A stretch of 63,605 nucleotides of DNA, filler included, from Octopus bimaculoides (lineage: Eukaryota), in assembly GCF_001194135.2 (NCBI RefSeq). It is 7 parts of 6 records of this genome, joined end to end, with 100 filler letters (N's around TTAATTAATTAA, not from the genome) between each part and the next. Parts side by side here need not be neighbours in the genome. Positions count along the whole stretch, not along the records: positions 42,269 to 51,993 come from NW_026361931.1; positions 52,094 to 55,383 come from NW_026335763.1; positions 55,484 to 61,676 come from NC_068990.1; positions 61,777 to 63,605 come from NC_068990.1; 3 more parts are not named here. The stretch is one strand, 5' to 3'. The notes under the pieces are model-generated. The model worked only from the letters and a program-made list of their open reading frames with translations. It did no database searches and was not told the DNA's origin. Both the position numbers and the translations under genes were made by a program. Of the stretch, positions 51,437 to 63,240 are shown one piece after another (the stretch's first letter is position 1; every line of letters starts with the position of its first letter).

Positions 51437-51590
51437 TACATAAGAAAAACTCCAGGAGTTACAAGTATATATAACATACAGAAAATAGCACAACTAGGCA
51501 CTGCACACATCCTACGTAAAACACTTTCAATAGAGTGAAAGTAAGAGCACCACAACAAACCACAGCCCATAAACAGAGCACACTACATTG
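51437..51590 (+). mobile_element. Very short R4/Dong-clade LINE end following (AAT)n
   Basis: YIRKTPGVTSIYNIQKIAQLGTAHILRKTLSIE stop. Confidence 0.85.
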
Positions 51591-54500
51591 AAAGCTATCT
51601 TGGATAGCTTTTAATGATGTGTGTCAGCATTCCTCTCCTCAAGCACAGCGGACAGGAAAACTGGTGAGTCTACCTTTCTTCACCGGAACAAGTTAGATGA
51701 CGTCAATATAACATCGTAAATGACGTAGATCGGGAATGTTTAAATGAAGGATCCCAGGGATTTAATATAAATTGAGAATTTTACGGCAGCCTTTTACAGT
51801 ACTTGTAGGCCAAAGAGCAATAAAATCATGTACTGGCTCAGCTAACTCCATAGAAATCCTTCACACATACTATGCATATACTAGGAATAAAACACATGTC
51901 CTGTGTAACAGATAAACTATACAAACACTACACACTGCAAACATCTTACACAAATGCCATCTATCTATATATATATATATATATATATATATANNNNNNN
52001 NNNNNNNNNNNNNNNNNNNNNNNNNNNNNNNNNNNNNTTAATTAATTAANNNNNNNNNNNNNNNNNNNNNNNNNNNNNNNNNNNNNNNNNNNNAGCCAAT
52101 AGACTTCTATATCAATATCCTATCTTCACACTACATTAATTTTCTATCAAAATACTTCTGCATTATATAAAGATACAAATGTCCATGATATTTTTCCCTT
52201 CTAAGTACACATACACAAATATTGGTTGACACTTCAAAGATAATTTTGACAATTCTGGATGAGATCCAAATTGTGTAATCATTTCATCTACAAAAATCAA
52301 TAGTTTTCACTGGATTCAGTTTTTATGAGACATTTTCACATTTTTTTAAAAATGTGTTACAAAACATACAATGGGAGAGTCATTCACCAAATTATTGATC
52401 AACTACCTCCTATATCAAACAATTAATTAACCCATTTACATTAAATACATAGACTAAGCTAGCCATGCATNNNNNNNNNNATTAATTAACCCATTTACAT
52501 TAAATACATAGACTAAGCTAGCCATGCATAAAATTATGTCAAAATTCTTCCAATACAGTATTTTCTATGCTATTGTCCAACTTTATCAGACAGTTTCAGT
52601 TTTGTCTTATATTTTTAAAGGCTGAATCGTTGTTTTCTTACTATTCAACTTTTGTGTTGTTAAGTGGTTGTGCTAAGAGTATAGTAATACACAGCCAGCT
52701 GTCACTTGGAAGTGTAGAGAGTATGGCTTAGTAGCATATTCCATGTTCTGGCTAATTGTTTCAAGTACATATGTGGTCACCAGCAGACATAGACACCCTC
52801 TGTTCACCCTTAACCTAGCAGAACATGCAGGATGTGGCAGTTGGAAGGAGAGACAGATGCACCAACACCTGGCTGGTATTCATAATAACTTAATATGAAG
52901 TGTCTTGCCCAAGGTCACAATGTACCACATAGGTTAGGAATTGAACTCAACCATAAGATCTTGACCTGAACACTCTAGCCACCAGGTTATGTACTTTCAC
53001 AGTGGTTGCAGCACCTATTTTGAAAAATTGGTGAACTAGGACAAAACTTGACCTAAATATCAATAAATTTTCAATGAGAAAAATGAATGACAAGAATCCC
53101 TCAGCTGTGAAATGAGAGCAGTACTTCATCTGCAACAAATAGCAGTGAAAGTTGTCATCAACATTTCAAATGTTTTCAGTACTATCACTAATTGTCGATG
53201 TTTTCTTCATTATTGATTTTTACATGCTCTTCCATTTTATTGTTGTTGCTTAGCTATAATTGAAAGAGTTTATAATCAAATCTATTTCAGTCATGACCAT
53301 TCTGCTGTATTTTTAAACAAATTTTTCTAGGCTTATATTGTCTAATGTCTCCTTTAAGATGATCAGCTGTGATTTAAGAGAGATTTGACTATTTTTTCTA
53401 GTGAGTCAAATGATCATTGACACTCTCACTGGTTTGGTAACACAAAAGTTGCTTAGCTAAAAGCCAGTTCTAATCAAGCAGACTTATGATCAAAGACATT
53501 CCAGCTACAACTGACCCATCATTCTGTTTATCAAGGATCAGTTTATCCAATGTGGGTGTGTTTTTTTTCAAAAACAGTAGGTATGATTGAAAGTAATTTG
53601 GTTGCTATTTCAAGCAGGTCAAACGACCAAGTAGAGAAGCATGTTGCTCCATGCTAGTGTAGGCTNNNNNNNNNNNNNNNNNNNNNNNNNNNNNNNNNNN
53701 NNNNNNNNNNNNNNNNNNNNNNNNNNNNNNNNNNNNNNNNNNNNNNNNNNNNNNNNNNNNNNNNNNNNNNNNNNNNNNNNNNNNNNNNNNNNNNNNNNNN
53801 NNNNNNNNNNNNNNNNNNNNNNNNNNNNNNNNNNNNNNNNNNNNNNNNNNNNNNNNNNNNNNNNNNNNNNNNNNNNNNNNNNNNNNNNNNNNNNNNNNNN
53901 NNNNNNNNNNNNNNNNNNNNNNNNNNNNNNNNNCTGGGAATCAAACTCACTACATCATGATTGTGATTCCTATTGACAAAGAAAAACAAGAAATATCATT
54001 AATATTTTATTAACTTTAAGCCAGCATGCTGGCAAAGATTAATACCTAACAATATTTAGTTTTGTAGTTCAACATTCAAAACTCAAATCTCACAAGAGCA
54101 AACGCTTTATCTCTCCAGTTCATCAATAAAATAGGCACCGGTATTGTTCTAGGATTAAATCACTTGACTGTTTCTTCCTTGGCACAATATTTACTAGTCA
54201 AAAGAAATCAATATTTTAACTAATGCAGTAGTGTTAGAGCAATAGATGGCAACATTTGATCAGCATCAACAACCATTTTCCTTTCTTGCACAAGTCTACT
54301 GGAAAACCACCATTTGTCTCTATCTTTTATTTAATAAGAAGAACCCAACATCCTGAGATTTAACCTCACTACTTTCTTAAATGTACCTTCCTTTGACAAC
54401 ACATCTCTTTTTCACTTTGCACTCATCATCCATTTACATCATGCAGTAGACTTCCTTGTGTGTATCAGCTGGGGCCTTGCTCTCACTACATTTGTGTTTT

Positions 54501-54845
54501 GGTTTTTCAACATCATCATCCTTTAACAACCATTTCCCATGCTGGCAAGCAGAAGGACTGCATTGAGTTCCAGTCTGATTTGGCTTAGTTTCTATGGCTT
54601 GATGTCCTTCCTTACATCAACCACTTTACAATGTGCTGGGTGCTTTTAACGTAGCATTGGCATGAGTGCTTTTTATGTGGCACCAGCATAGAACTTTTGC
54701 AGGCCAATCCTCTTCAAAAGGGGGAGCAACCTTAACACTTCTGCTATAGAGGATGGGTCTTCTTGAGTACAACAAGGTATCAGGTATCTTGGTCCTTTGT
54801 TATGTAGATTAATATATCTACAGACTACATTTAGTTTCTCTCCAG

Positions 54846-54914
54846 AGTTTTAATGTCCATATCAAACTACCATGCACCAACATTTGTACAAAGCCAAAGC
54901 ATTATAAGGAAAAG
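54846..54914 (+). CDS. Candidate 69-nt exon (VLMSISNYHAPTFVQSQSIIRK or SFNVHIKLPCTNICTKPKHYKEK)
   Basis: Acceptor TTTAGTTTCTCTCCAG| and donor AAAG|GTACGG; two open frames. Confidence 0.35.
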
Positions 54915-55483
54915 GTACGGTCAAGTGAATAAAAACTTAGTAAGCTACTAAATCTCATTTCATAAAACAGAGGAACAAAAGGCAAAGTTAACTCTTTTGA
55001 GATCTGAGATTTTCACCTCAATGTAATAAACTAGCAGTACCAGTTCAGAACTCTGTAGTTCTGCCATTAGTTCATTTGTTTTATAGCTGTTTTTTCCATG
55101 GGTAAGGCAGATGTTATTTTGAGGTATTGTTTTACAGCTAGATGCCCTTCCTGATGCTATCCCTTAACTGCTTTTCTTGTAAAGGATCTCCTTTCCACAC
55201 ATCTGACACAAAATGACTAAACAATTTGTTAACAGAAAACTGACAACACCTTGTCGCACTTCCATACAAGTGATTGCAGATGTAAGGAAACAAACACACA
55301 CGACAGTCTCTTTTCATTTCTGTCAACCATATCCACTCACAAGGCCTTGGCCAGCCTGCAGGGTATAGTAGAAGACACTTGCCNNNNNNNNNNNNNNNNN
55401 NNNNNNNNNNNNNNNNNNNNNNNNNNNTTAATTAATTAANNNNNNNNNNNNNNNNNNNNNNNNNNNNNNNNNNNNNNNNNNNN

Positions 55484-55528
<45 letters not shown>

Positions 55529-55539
55529 GATATATATTT

Positions 55540-55750
55540 ATGTGTCTGTGTTTGTCCCCCCCCCCCACTTGACAACCAGTGTTGGTGTGCATATGTCCCC
55601 ATCATTAGACGCTCAGCAAAAGAAACCAATAGAATAAGTATCAGTCATAAAAATATAAGTATTAAAGTTGATTTGTGTGACTAAAAAATTCTTCCAGGCA
55701 GTGCCCCAGCATGACCGCAGTCTAATGACTGAAACAAATAAAGATAAGAG
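55540..55750 (+). mobile_element. SINE family A tail; a minus-strand head fragment lies at 55310-55383
   Basis: TTGACAACCAGTGTTGGTGTG...CAGCATGACCGCAGTCTAATGACTGAAAC. Confidence 0.8.
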
Positions 55751-56195
55751 ATGAGAGATGAGAGAACAGTTGGCTCAAGAATATTTGTTTTTGTTTTCAC
55801 ATTTTCATTTTCCTGGTGAGCATCTTGGAATTAATTCTATCTCATCATATTTTAATATCTGTTGTCCATACTTGCACAGCATCAGAGAATTCTTCTTTGT
55901 TTTTGGTGGGGTTCTTTGTTGTTATTGTTGTTGTTTTTTTTAATCATTTTTATTTATTTATTTCAAGCTACTTACTGGGTAAAATAATAAATTTTTAAAC
56001 ATTTGTTGGCACTCAGATCTGATTAATCTGCATGCATTCTTCAGTGGTTTTCCTTCGGTAGTTGCTAATAGCCTTTAATTCCTAGAAAAAACTATAATCT
56101 GAATGTAAATTAATAACTTTAACACCTACTAATACTTGCCAATCTTTGTATGTACTTATTGGCCATGTTAGATCTTGTCCTTTGGCTAACATTTT

Positions 56196-56741
56196 GGTAG
56201 AATTCTGCTTCAAGCATGCCATATAACCCCTCATAACTTTTTTATTTTTTTGAATTTTCAGAAAATTTTTACAAATTTGTATTCTACACAGGGGAATTCA
56301 CATGACTGTGAAAAAATAAATTTCTTCTTTTTTTCAAAAAAATTTAAAAGATCTTTATTTAATTTTTCAAATCTTTTTTTTTAAAATCAATTTAAAATAC
56401 AGATGTCTGAATTTTTGGCTTGAATCCCAACAATAGACCATTAAATGTGTTTATGGGGCGAAAGATATTGAAAAGTGTCGTTACATCAGAGTGACAAACA
56501 AACAAGGAGGGTATGAGGTGGTCGTGAGATGTGCTAAAAATAACAGGTAGTCTTGAGATGTACTAAAAGTAACAGCTAAATAGCTCTTAAATCATGCAGC
56601 AATTTTTTTTTTTTGTTTGGTCTTTGCATAATCATATAAATTCCCATGTGTGGAAAACAAATTTGCAAAAATTCTTTAAAAACTCCAAAAACTAAAAATG
56701 TTATAAGGGGTTATATGGTGTGCCTAAAGCAGAATTCCACC
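56196..56741. mobile_element. MITE of 546 bp with TIRs of about 113 bp and an imperfect 8-bp TSD (hAT-like)
   Basis: GGTAGAATTCTGCTTCAAGCATGCCATATAACCCC... versus the right-end reverse complement GGTGGAATTCTGCTTTAGGCACACCATATAACCCC...; flanks AACATTTT and AACATTTC. Confidence 0.85.
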
Positions 56742-57109
56742 AACATTTCCTTCATCCTCAAGATTGTTTCCTTTTAAAAGAGAAACCTTATCAGACACAC
56801 ATCAAAGAAAGATGATCTGCAGGCAAAATCTATAAAAAGAAATGCTTTATTAACATCAATATAATTATTTTACATTTATTGTCTACAGCGAAAGGAATTC
56901 TAACTAATTCAACTTTTCATATAATAAAATGACCAAAGGCACTGACTATGTGCTTCTTTAAGGGTTATGCAGTTTACCAAACATAGAGAGAGTGAAAGGG
57001 AAAGTGTGTGTGAAAGAGAGAGAGAGAGAGAGAGAGAGGGGGGGAGAGAAAACAAGACTGAAGTATAAAACTAACTGTTCAAGTGGAGGGATATTTTTTA
57101 TCTTATATC

Positions 57110-57302
57110 TCTTACTTGTTTCAGTCATGTTTAACTGTGGCCATGCTGGAGCACTACATTGAAGAATTTTTAGTCAAATGAATCAGCTCCAGTACTTATT
57201 ATTTTTTTAAACCCGATACTTATTTTATTGGTCTATTTTGCTGAACTGCTAAGTTACAGGGATATAAATACACCAACACTGGGGGACAAACATAGACACA
57301 AA

Positions 57303-57338
<36 letters not shown>

Positions 57339-57850
57339 CACACAGACACATGCACATACCCCACACACACACATACACACACAAACACACCCATGACAAG
57401 CTTCTTTCAGTTCCTGTTTACCAAATCCACTTGCAAAGCTCTAGTCAGCCCAAAGCTGTACCTTTAGGCTACTTTTTCAAGTCATACAGACTCATAAGGG
57501 CCAGTTTCTCGGTTTCCATGACATATATTCCCCACCTGGACAGGACCCCAGTCCATCGTAGGATTACTCATTTTTGCCAGTTGAGTGGACTGGAGCAATG
57601 TGAAATGATGTGTTTTGCTCAAGAACACAATGTATTGCCCAGTTCAGGAATCGAAACGTCAATCTTAGTCATGACTTAAATACCTTAACCACTAAACCAT
57701 GTGCATCCACGAGGCCCAAAGCTATAGTAGAAGACACATGTCCAAGGTACCATGCAGTGGGATTGAACACAGAACCATGTGGTTTGGAAGCAGGCTTCCC
57801 ACCTAACAGTTACACCTGTGTGCATATCCACACATCGACACCTGTGCCTA
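57110..57850 (-). mobile_element. SINE family A containing an insertion of a third SINE-like family (about 57470-57710)
   Basis: The A sequence breaks at GCCCAAAGCT and resumes at GGCCCAAAGCTATAGTAGAAGACAC. Confidence 0.75.
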
Positions 57851-58486
57851 TCCACACACCCACATCTGCACCTACATAAATTAACTGTGATACACATATC
57901 CAGAGTAGACCTCAAAGGAAATCTTAATGATGAAAGAGAGAACAAAGAAGTATGGGCAGAGAAAAAAGGATGGAAAGAGATACATATATGAGGATAAGAG
58001 AAGAATACATTGCAATAATGTGCAAAATATGCAGTCTTGAATGTCTATATTTTTAAAGGAGCCAAGACTGCATACTGTGCACATTATTGCATACTATTGT
58101 AGGGAAAAGGAGTGTGTGTGAGTGTGTGTGTGTGTGTGTATGTGTGTGTGTGTATGTGTGTGTGTGTGTGTGTATTTATATGTATATTTATATAGGTCAA
58201 ATTTACAGTAAACAAAAGACAAAGACAATTGAAAGAACAACAAGCAGGTGTATTAGTTTAACACTCAGGAAGAATGGAAAAGTCTTTGACATTTCAGGCT
58301 TACACTCTTCGACAGAAAGGACTGAGTGGGAAAAAAAACAGAGAGAAAAAAAACGTGTAGGGGTTAACAGTATGATGTTTATATATACAGCATGGCTGTA
58401 GCCTAATGACTGAAACAAGTATAAGATAAAAGATTATAAATATACATACATACATACATATATGTATATGTGTGTGTGTCTGCGTG

Positions 58487-60119
58487 TGTTATGGGAATAA
58501 TAATAATAAGGGATCCCCTCACATGTGATGAGTGGTGTGTGCTAGTTGTTATAAATACTGTGACGTTGAGAATTTGAGGTAGTCAGTCATAGATAGTCAT
58601 GTCTTACTTGTCTAACTATACTGCTATACTGGAGTGGATGTTATAATAACAGTGGTAATGAGGAATTAACAAACTCATGAGGATTAAATAAACTCACAAG
58701 GAGTTATGAAATTCACAAAAGTTTTTTGTGTGAATTTTTACGGTATACAAAAGAGTAAAATTATGGAAGATTTGTTGACCAGTTTGCTCGAGTTGCAAAA
58801 ACAGCAACAACAGCAGTAGCAGTAGCTGCAGAAATAGCAGCAGCAGCAACAACAACAATTACTACTGCAAGAACAACAACAATTACCATTATAGAAACAA
58901 CAACAGCAATTACTATTACAATAAATGCTGCAATTAATGAATATAAGAAGTCATCAAAAAATACTGAAAAAATCTTCAGCCAAATTATGTTGCAAACTCA
59001 GTAACAAAATTTAAGTATGAACCAGGTGAAGGAGTTACCTTCGAGGTATAATATAGAAGATACAAACAGATCTTCAATAAAGAGTGCCAAGATTGGAACT
59101 ATGATATGAAAACACATCCAAACCTAAGAAAACTGGCAGCAGGAGAGCAATTACAGCAAGAGAGCATTACAGCAATTACTTACTCTCAAAAAAACCTTCT
59201 GACATAAACTTTAGAAATACAATAGACATATTGTCTAAAATTTTTAGCGAGAAAAGCTCATTGTTCAATACGCGTTGGAAATGTTTGAACCTAGAAAAGA
59301 ACAAGGAGGAGGACTACATCACATAGGCTTGTAGAGTTAAGAGAGAATGTGAAAAGTTCAAGCTGGACCAATTAACACCAGATATGTTCAATTGCTTGAT
59401 ATTTACTCAGGGACCAACTGCAGAAAAAGATGCATCCAACGATGGAAACAAATATAAAAGACAATATACATACGGACAAAAAGAAACACACACATAAACA
59501 TATATATATATATATATATATGGGGTATGGTGAATAAATTGTCCAAATTACGCAAAAATAAAATAATACTGACTTCTCATTTTAACAGATATATTTATCG
59601 AAATTACATAAAAATACCTTGAAATACTAAAGAGAAAAATTTATTCAGTAAAATCACCATTAGCTTCAACCACAGCTTCAAAATGACTTTGGAATCTCCT
59701 GCCATTCTTTTGGACAGTCTCCTTGTTTAAGTTGGTGAATACTGCAATGGGCCTGATTGACTTGGAGGGATCGTTGTCAGTTATGGCCTCGATCTCACCA
59801 AATTATTCAGGAGTTCTTTTCTTATCAGAATGATCAGAGTGAGTTTTCCAAGCTGATATACCTTCGTAATCACCATTAGACTCATCCAACACTTTCTGAA
59901 TCCTCTGCACTGTCTTCAGATCGACACAAGCAAAAGAAAAAGAAAATGTATGGAGTTTCTGGAAGTGGATGCCAAACAAAAATAAAATTAAATTTCTAAC
60001 TGCATGAAGAAAAAAGGGAGATGAGGTGATGTAAAAATTATTACAAATAGAAAGAAATAAAATTACACTCCCTAAAAAGAAAAAAACCTTAAAAGGGAGA
60101 TATTATGGGGATAATAATG

Positions 60120-60188
<69 letters not shown>

Positions 60189-60319
60189 TGTGTGACGAGT
60201 GGAATATGCTAGTCGTTACAAATACTGTGATGTCAAGAAGTTGAGATATTCAGTCATAGATAGTGATGTCTTACTTGTCAAATTAACTATACTGCTATAC
60301 CAGAGTGGACATTTTAACA
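58487..60319 (+). mobile_element. Ty3/Gypsy (Mag-like) LTR retrotransposon, internally deleted: 5' LTR 58487-58651, PBS-like 58653-58663, gag remnant 58763-59430, PPT 60091-60100, 3' LTR 60101-60319
   Basis: Two homologous repeats start TGTTATGGGAATAAT and TATTATGGGGATAAT. Gag peptides KFKYEPGEGVTFE.YRRYKQIF and SKIFSEKSSLFNTRWKCLNL...ECEKFKLDQLTPDMFNCLIFTQG. Confidence 0.8.
59520..59930 (-). mobile_element. Internally deleted maT/DD37D-like transposon fragment nested in the Gypsy element
   Basis: TVQRIQKVLDESNGDYEG...DNDPSKSIRPIA is fused to FTNLNKETVQKNGRRFQSHFEAVVEANGDFTE stop; one TIR-like end lies next to (TA)n. Confidence 0.7.
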
Positions 60320-60334
60320 GTCTGATGTTGGATT

Positions 60335-60369
<35 letters not shown>

Positions 60370-60700
60370 NNNNNNNNNNNNNNNNNNNNNNNNNNNNNNN
60401 NNNNNNNNNNNNNNNNNNNNNNNNNNNNNNNNNNNNNNNNNNNNNNNNNNNNNNNNNNNNNNNNNNNNNNNNNNNNNNNNNNNNNNNNNNNNNNNNNNNN
60501 NNNNNNNNNNNNNNNNNNNNNNNNNNNNNNNNNNNNNNNNNNNNNNNNNNNNNNNNNNNNNNNNNNNNNNNNNNNNNNNNNNNNNNNNNNNNNNNNNNNN
60601 NNNNNNNNNNNNNNNNNNNNNNNNNNNNNNNNNNNNNNNNNNNNNNNNNNNNNNNNNNNNNNNNNNNNNNNNNNNNNNNNNNNNNNNNNNNNNNNNNNNN

Positions 60701-60737
<37 letters not shown>

Positions 60738-61069
60738 TATAAATATATGTATACACATAGCTATACCCACACATACTCACACACACTATAGATAAATCTA
60801 TACACATATACATGTATAAACATGCACATACAAACATATACATATACATATTTATAATTAATTAAATAAAAAAGATTGTAAATAAATAAATTGATTTGTA
60901 ATGAATACAGCAGAACAAACTAGTCATTAGACATATGGTATAATGCTGTGTGAAACAAAGGACACCGAGTGCTGAGACAATCAGTTGTTATAGGACATTA
61001 AGCTGCTAGAAGAGTAGAGTTAAATTAGGACTGTCACCAAACACTACATAGATATACAGAAATATATAG

Positions 61070-61440
61070 GCGTGCATGTGTGGCTGTGTAGTAAGAAGTT
61101 TGCTTCCCAACCACATGGTTTCAGGTTCAGTCCCAGGCAAGTATTTTCTATAGTCTTAGGCTGACCAATGCCCTGTAAGTGGATTTGGTACACGGAAACT
61201 GATAGAAGTTCATTTTCTGTGTGTGTGTGTCTTTCTGTCTGTGTTTTTTCTACACCTCTGTTTGACAAATGGTGTTGGTTTGTTTACATCCACATAACTT
61301 ACAGCAACAGAGGCCAAGAGAATATGCATCAAGCTTTAAAAACAAAAGTACTGGGATTGATTCATTCGTCTAAAAATTCTTCAACGCAGTGCCCCAGCAT
61401 GACCACCGTCTAATGACTGACACAAGTAAAAGATAAAAGA
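61070..61440 (+). mobile_element. SINE family A
   Basis: TGGCTGTGTAGTAAGAAGTTTGCTTCCCAACCACATGG...CAGCATGACCACCGTCTAATGACTGAC. Confidence 0.85.
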
Positions 61441-61514
61441 TAAACACAAATGTGAACAGAGACATGAACATACACATACATACATAGACAAACACATATG
61501 CATGTGTGTGTGTG

Positions 61515-61553
<39 letters not shown>

Positions 61554-61776
61554 ATGAGTGCATGTATGTGTGCCTATATATAGGCAAATACATGGCTGCA
61601 TCCAACGATGGAAACAAAGATAAAAGACAATAAACATACGGACAAACACATAAATATATATATATATAAATATATANNNNNNNNNNNNNNNNNNNNNNNN
61701 NNNNNNNNNNNNNNNNNNNNTTAATTAATTAANNNNNNNNNNNNNNNNNNNNNNNNNNNNNNNNNNNNNNNNNNNN

Positions 61777-61807
<31 letters not shown>

Positions 61808-61817
61808 TATATAAATA

Positions 61818-62033
61818 TGAGGGGGTACTGAAAAGTTCCTGGCTTTAAGGATTTTATGAAAGGCATGGCAGGGGGCCCAACCTTCCGAGTTCTTTTACAA
61901 GACTTAGAAAAACTGAAGGACCACTGCAATAAGTGCGTGAATCTGAGAGGGAGATATGTTTAATAAAATCATGATTAACTGATCCTCCTTTATTTTCTTT
62001 TACCGAAAGCCAGGAATTTTTCAGTACCCCTCA
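61818..62033 (+). mobile_element. mariner-derived MITE of 216 bp with a TA TSD
   Basis: TIR TGAGGGGGTACTGAAAAGTTCCTGGCTTT / AAAGCCAGGAATTTTTCAGTACCCCTCA; retains the C-terminus LEKLKDHCNKCVNLRGRYV. Confidence 0.9.
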
Positions 62034-62395
62034 TATATGTAATGGGAAAGGGAGAGAGAAGAGAAAGTGAGAAAGACAAACAGACAATGAGATGTGTGTG
62101 TGTGCGCATGTGTGCATGTATGAACCTTAATAAAATAAAATCAACATGCAGTCTTTATAATTTTTAATATTGTTTTATTTAATTTTATTTCAAGGTAGTA
62201 AAATCTTTCTTTTGAAAATTACTATTTATTTCATCATTTTATATAAACAACAAGAAATTTGATAAAAGTTAAATTATAATTATCGTATGTATAGCATATT
62301 TCCTGATATTACCCATGGTAGCAAAGATATATACACTCTACTAGAGTGTGGTATAGACACACACACATATATGATGATAATAATTTCTTAAGTAA

Positions 62396-62530
62396 CCAAA
62401 AGATAGATTTGGTATTAGTCTTTATTTTGTACAATGACCTTTTTGACCCATCCGACTACTGTCCCTTATGGGTGGGACTCCGTTCAACATGTTGTACAAA
62501 ATAAAGATTAACACTAAATCTATCTTCTGG
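62396..62530. repeat. Inverted repeat with arms of about 35 bp and a 57-nt spacer
   Basis: GATAGATTTGGTATTAGTCTTTATTTTGTACAA pairs with TTGTACAAAATAAAGATTAACACTAAATCTATC. Confidence 0.85.
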
Positions 62531-62824
62531 ATTATAATTCTCTCAACTAACACTGGAGTCCAACAGAATTATACTCCGACTGCAAATGACACCAGGTAGC
62601 CCAAACTCTTCCAGTGCTCTACTCAACACTTCAACACACTAATCGACATATACATTTCAGTAACTTTGCAGTCTTATGGTCTGAAAGGGGTACATAAATG
62701 CAGTACCCTTTTTATTGTCACAAAGGAACCAAAAGAATTACACTGTAACAAATTTTACCATCATCACAGAATTTTAACTGTTAAGTTCATAGTTAATTAT
62801 TCAAATACGGTATCATTTTTTTTT

Positions 62825-63000
62825 TATCTATTATTCATTTCAGCCATTAGATGGTGGCCATGCTACAGTACTGTCTTTAAAAATTTTAGTCAAAAAAATT
62901 GAACCAAATACTTATTTATTTTTTAAGCCTAGTACTTATTTTATCTTTCTCTTTTGCCAAGCTACCAAGTTGCAAAGATGTAAACACCAACATATATACA

Positions 63001-63038
<38 letters not shown>

Positions 63039-63240
63039 CACAACAGGCTTCTTTCAGTTTATATATACACAACAGGCTTCTTTCAGTTTCTTTATATCAA
63101 ATCCACTCACGTGGCTTTGGTCGGTCTATGACTATTACAGAAAACTCTTGCCCACTCTTGCCCAAGGTATCACACAGTGAGACTGAACCCAGAACCATGT
63201 AGTTTGGAAGCAGGCATCTTACCATACACACCTGTGCCTA
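62825..63240 (-). mobile_element. SINE family A with an internal tandem duplication of about 30 bp
   Basis: Family A motifs; ACAACAGGCTTCTTTCAGTTT occurs twice at 63040-63090. Confidence 0.8.

Noticed and set aside
52423-52530. Direct repeats flanking 10-N gaps, here and at 24830-24920
   Set aside because: These are unmerged contig-end overlaps, an assembly artefact.
59429-59500. 60-bp sequence repeated at 61597-61660, suggesting a local duplication
   Set aside because: Related fragments occur elsewhere (about 41660 and 47500), so it is an interspersed repeat end.
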